A stretch of 36,671 nt of DNA from a virus (taxonomy: Duplodnaviria > Caudoviricetes), in the IMG/VR virus record IMGVR_UViG_3300025018_000309, positions 1-36,671 of that record, one strand, 5' to 3'. The translations under genes were made by a program, and so were the position numbers. A model generated the notes under the pieces. It was not told where the DNA came from, made no database searches, and saw only the letters and a list, made by a program, of their open reading frames with translations. Shown one piece after another: positions 36,473 through 36,671 of this stretch. Positions within the stretch are counted from its first letter, which is position 1; every line of letters begins with the position of its first letter.

Positions 36473-36671
36473 ATCGCTTGCTCCCAGCGTTTGAATAATT
36501 CTGACAGCTCATTGGTCATTTCTTTCATTGCTGACCATGCTGCTGACCATGCTGACCATGCTGACCATGCTGACCATGCTGACCATGCTGACCATGCTGA
36601 CCATGCTGACCATGCTGACCATGCTGACCATGCTGACCATGCTGACCATGCTGCTGATAGGTTGTCTTGAG
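36469..36671 (-). CDS. 3' part of the WSA-repeat protein (...WSAAWSAMKEMTNELSELFKRWEQAI*)
   Basis: In frame with the 441-1 part; TGA at 36469-36471; total 519 nt. Confidence 0.8.
   Translation of the reverse strand, partial: QDNLSAAWSAWSAWSAWSAWSAWSAWSAWSAWSAWSAWSAWSAAWSAMKEMTNELSELFKRWEQAI
36530..36649. repeat. 9-bp tandem repeat (GCTGACCAT)n: 12 contiguous units at 36542-36649 plus one at 36530-36538; encodes (WSA)n on the - strand
   Basis: Read directly from the sequence; the same array appears at 1-103. Confidence 0.97.
36547..36671. repeat. Direct terminal repeat, right copy
   Basis: Identical to 1-125. Confidence 0.92.

Noticed and set aside
36416-36670. + strand ORF with (ADH)n repeats
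   Set aside because: It is the antisense shadow of the repeat; the - strand WSA frame has a promoter, an SD and a recognisable domain

Overview
The window is an apparently complete, circularly permuted dsDNA phage genome of about 36,546 bp; bases 1-125 repeat exactly at 36547-36671. The + strand (3.2-22.0 kb) carries a P22-like podovirus morphogenesis arm: terminase, portal, scaffold, coat, gp4/gp10-like tail proteins, three ejection proteins, a tailspike and a lysis cassette. The - strand (22.06-36.5 kb, continuing through 1-2605) carries the early/replication arm: primase-helicase, family A DNA polymerase, SNF2 helicase, VRR-NUC, two exonucleases, ATP-dependent ligase and a J-domain protein. 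I recognised no integrase, classical repressor, tRNA or CRISPR array. The main points of interest are: (1) a five-gene nucleotide cluster whose thymidylate synthase homolog has Asp at the substrate-specificity position, which points to dCMP rather than dUMP, next to a dCMP deaminase, an Nmad1-like protein, a MazG-like pyrophosphatase and a small-molecule-type SAM methyltransferase, suggesting an uncharacterised cytosine-modification route; (2) a structured RNA in the primase leader whose CCCUCAGCAAG segment is complementary to the leaders of several early genes, whose promoters also share a palindromic operator; (3) a cupin-SET domain fusion in the virion module; (4) a WSA tandem-repeat gene across the junction and two single-base frame breaks. 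All family assignments come from motifs recognised by eye, not from database searches.
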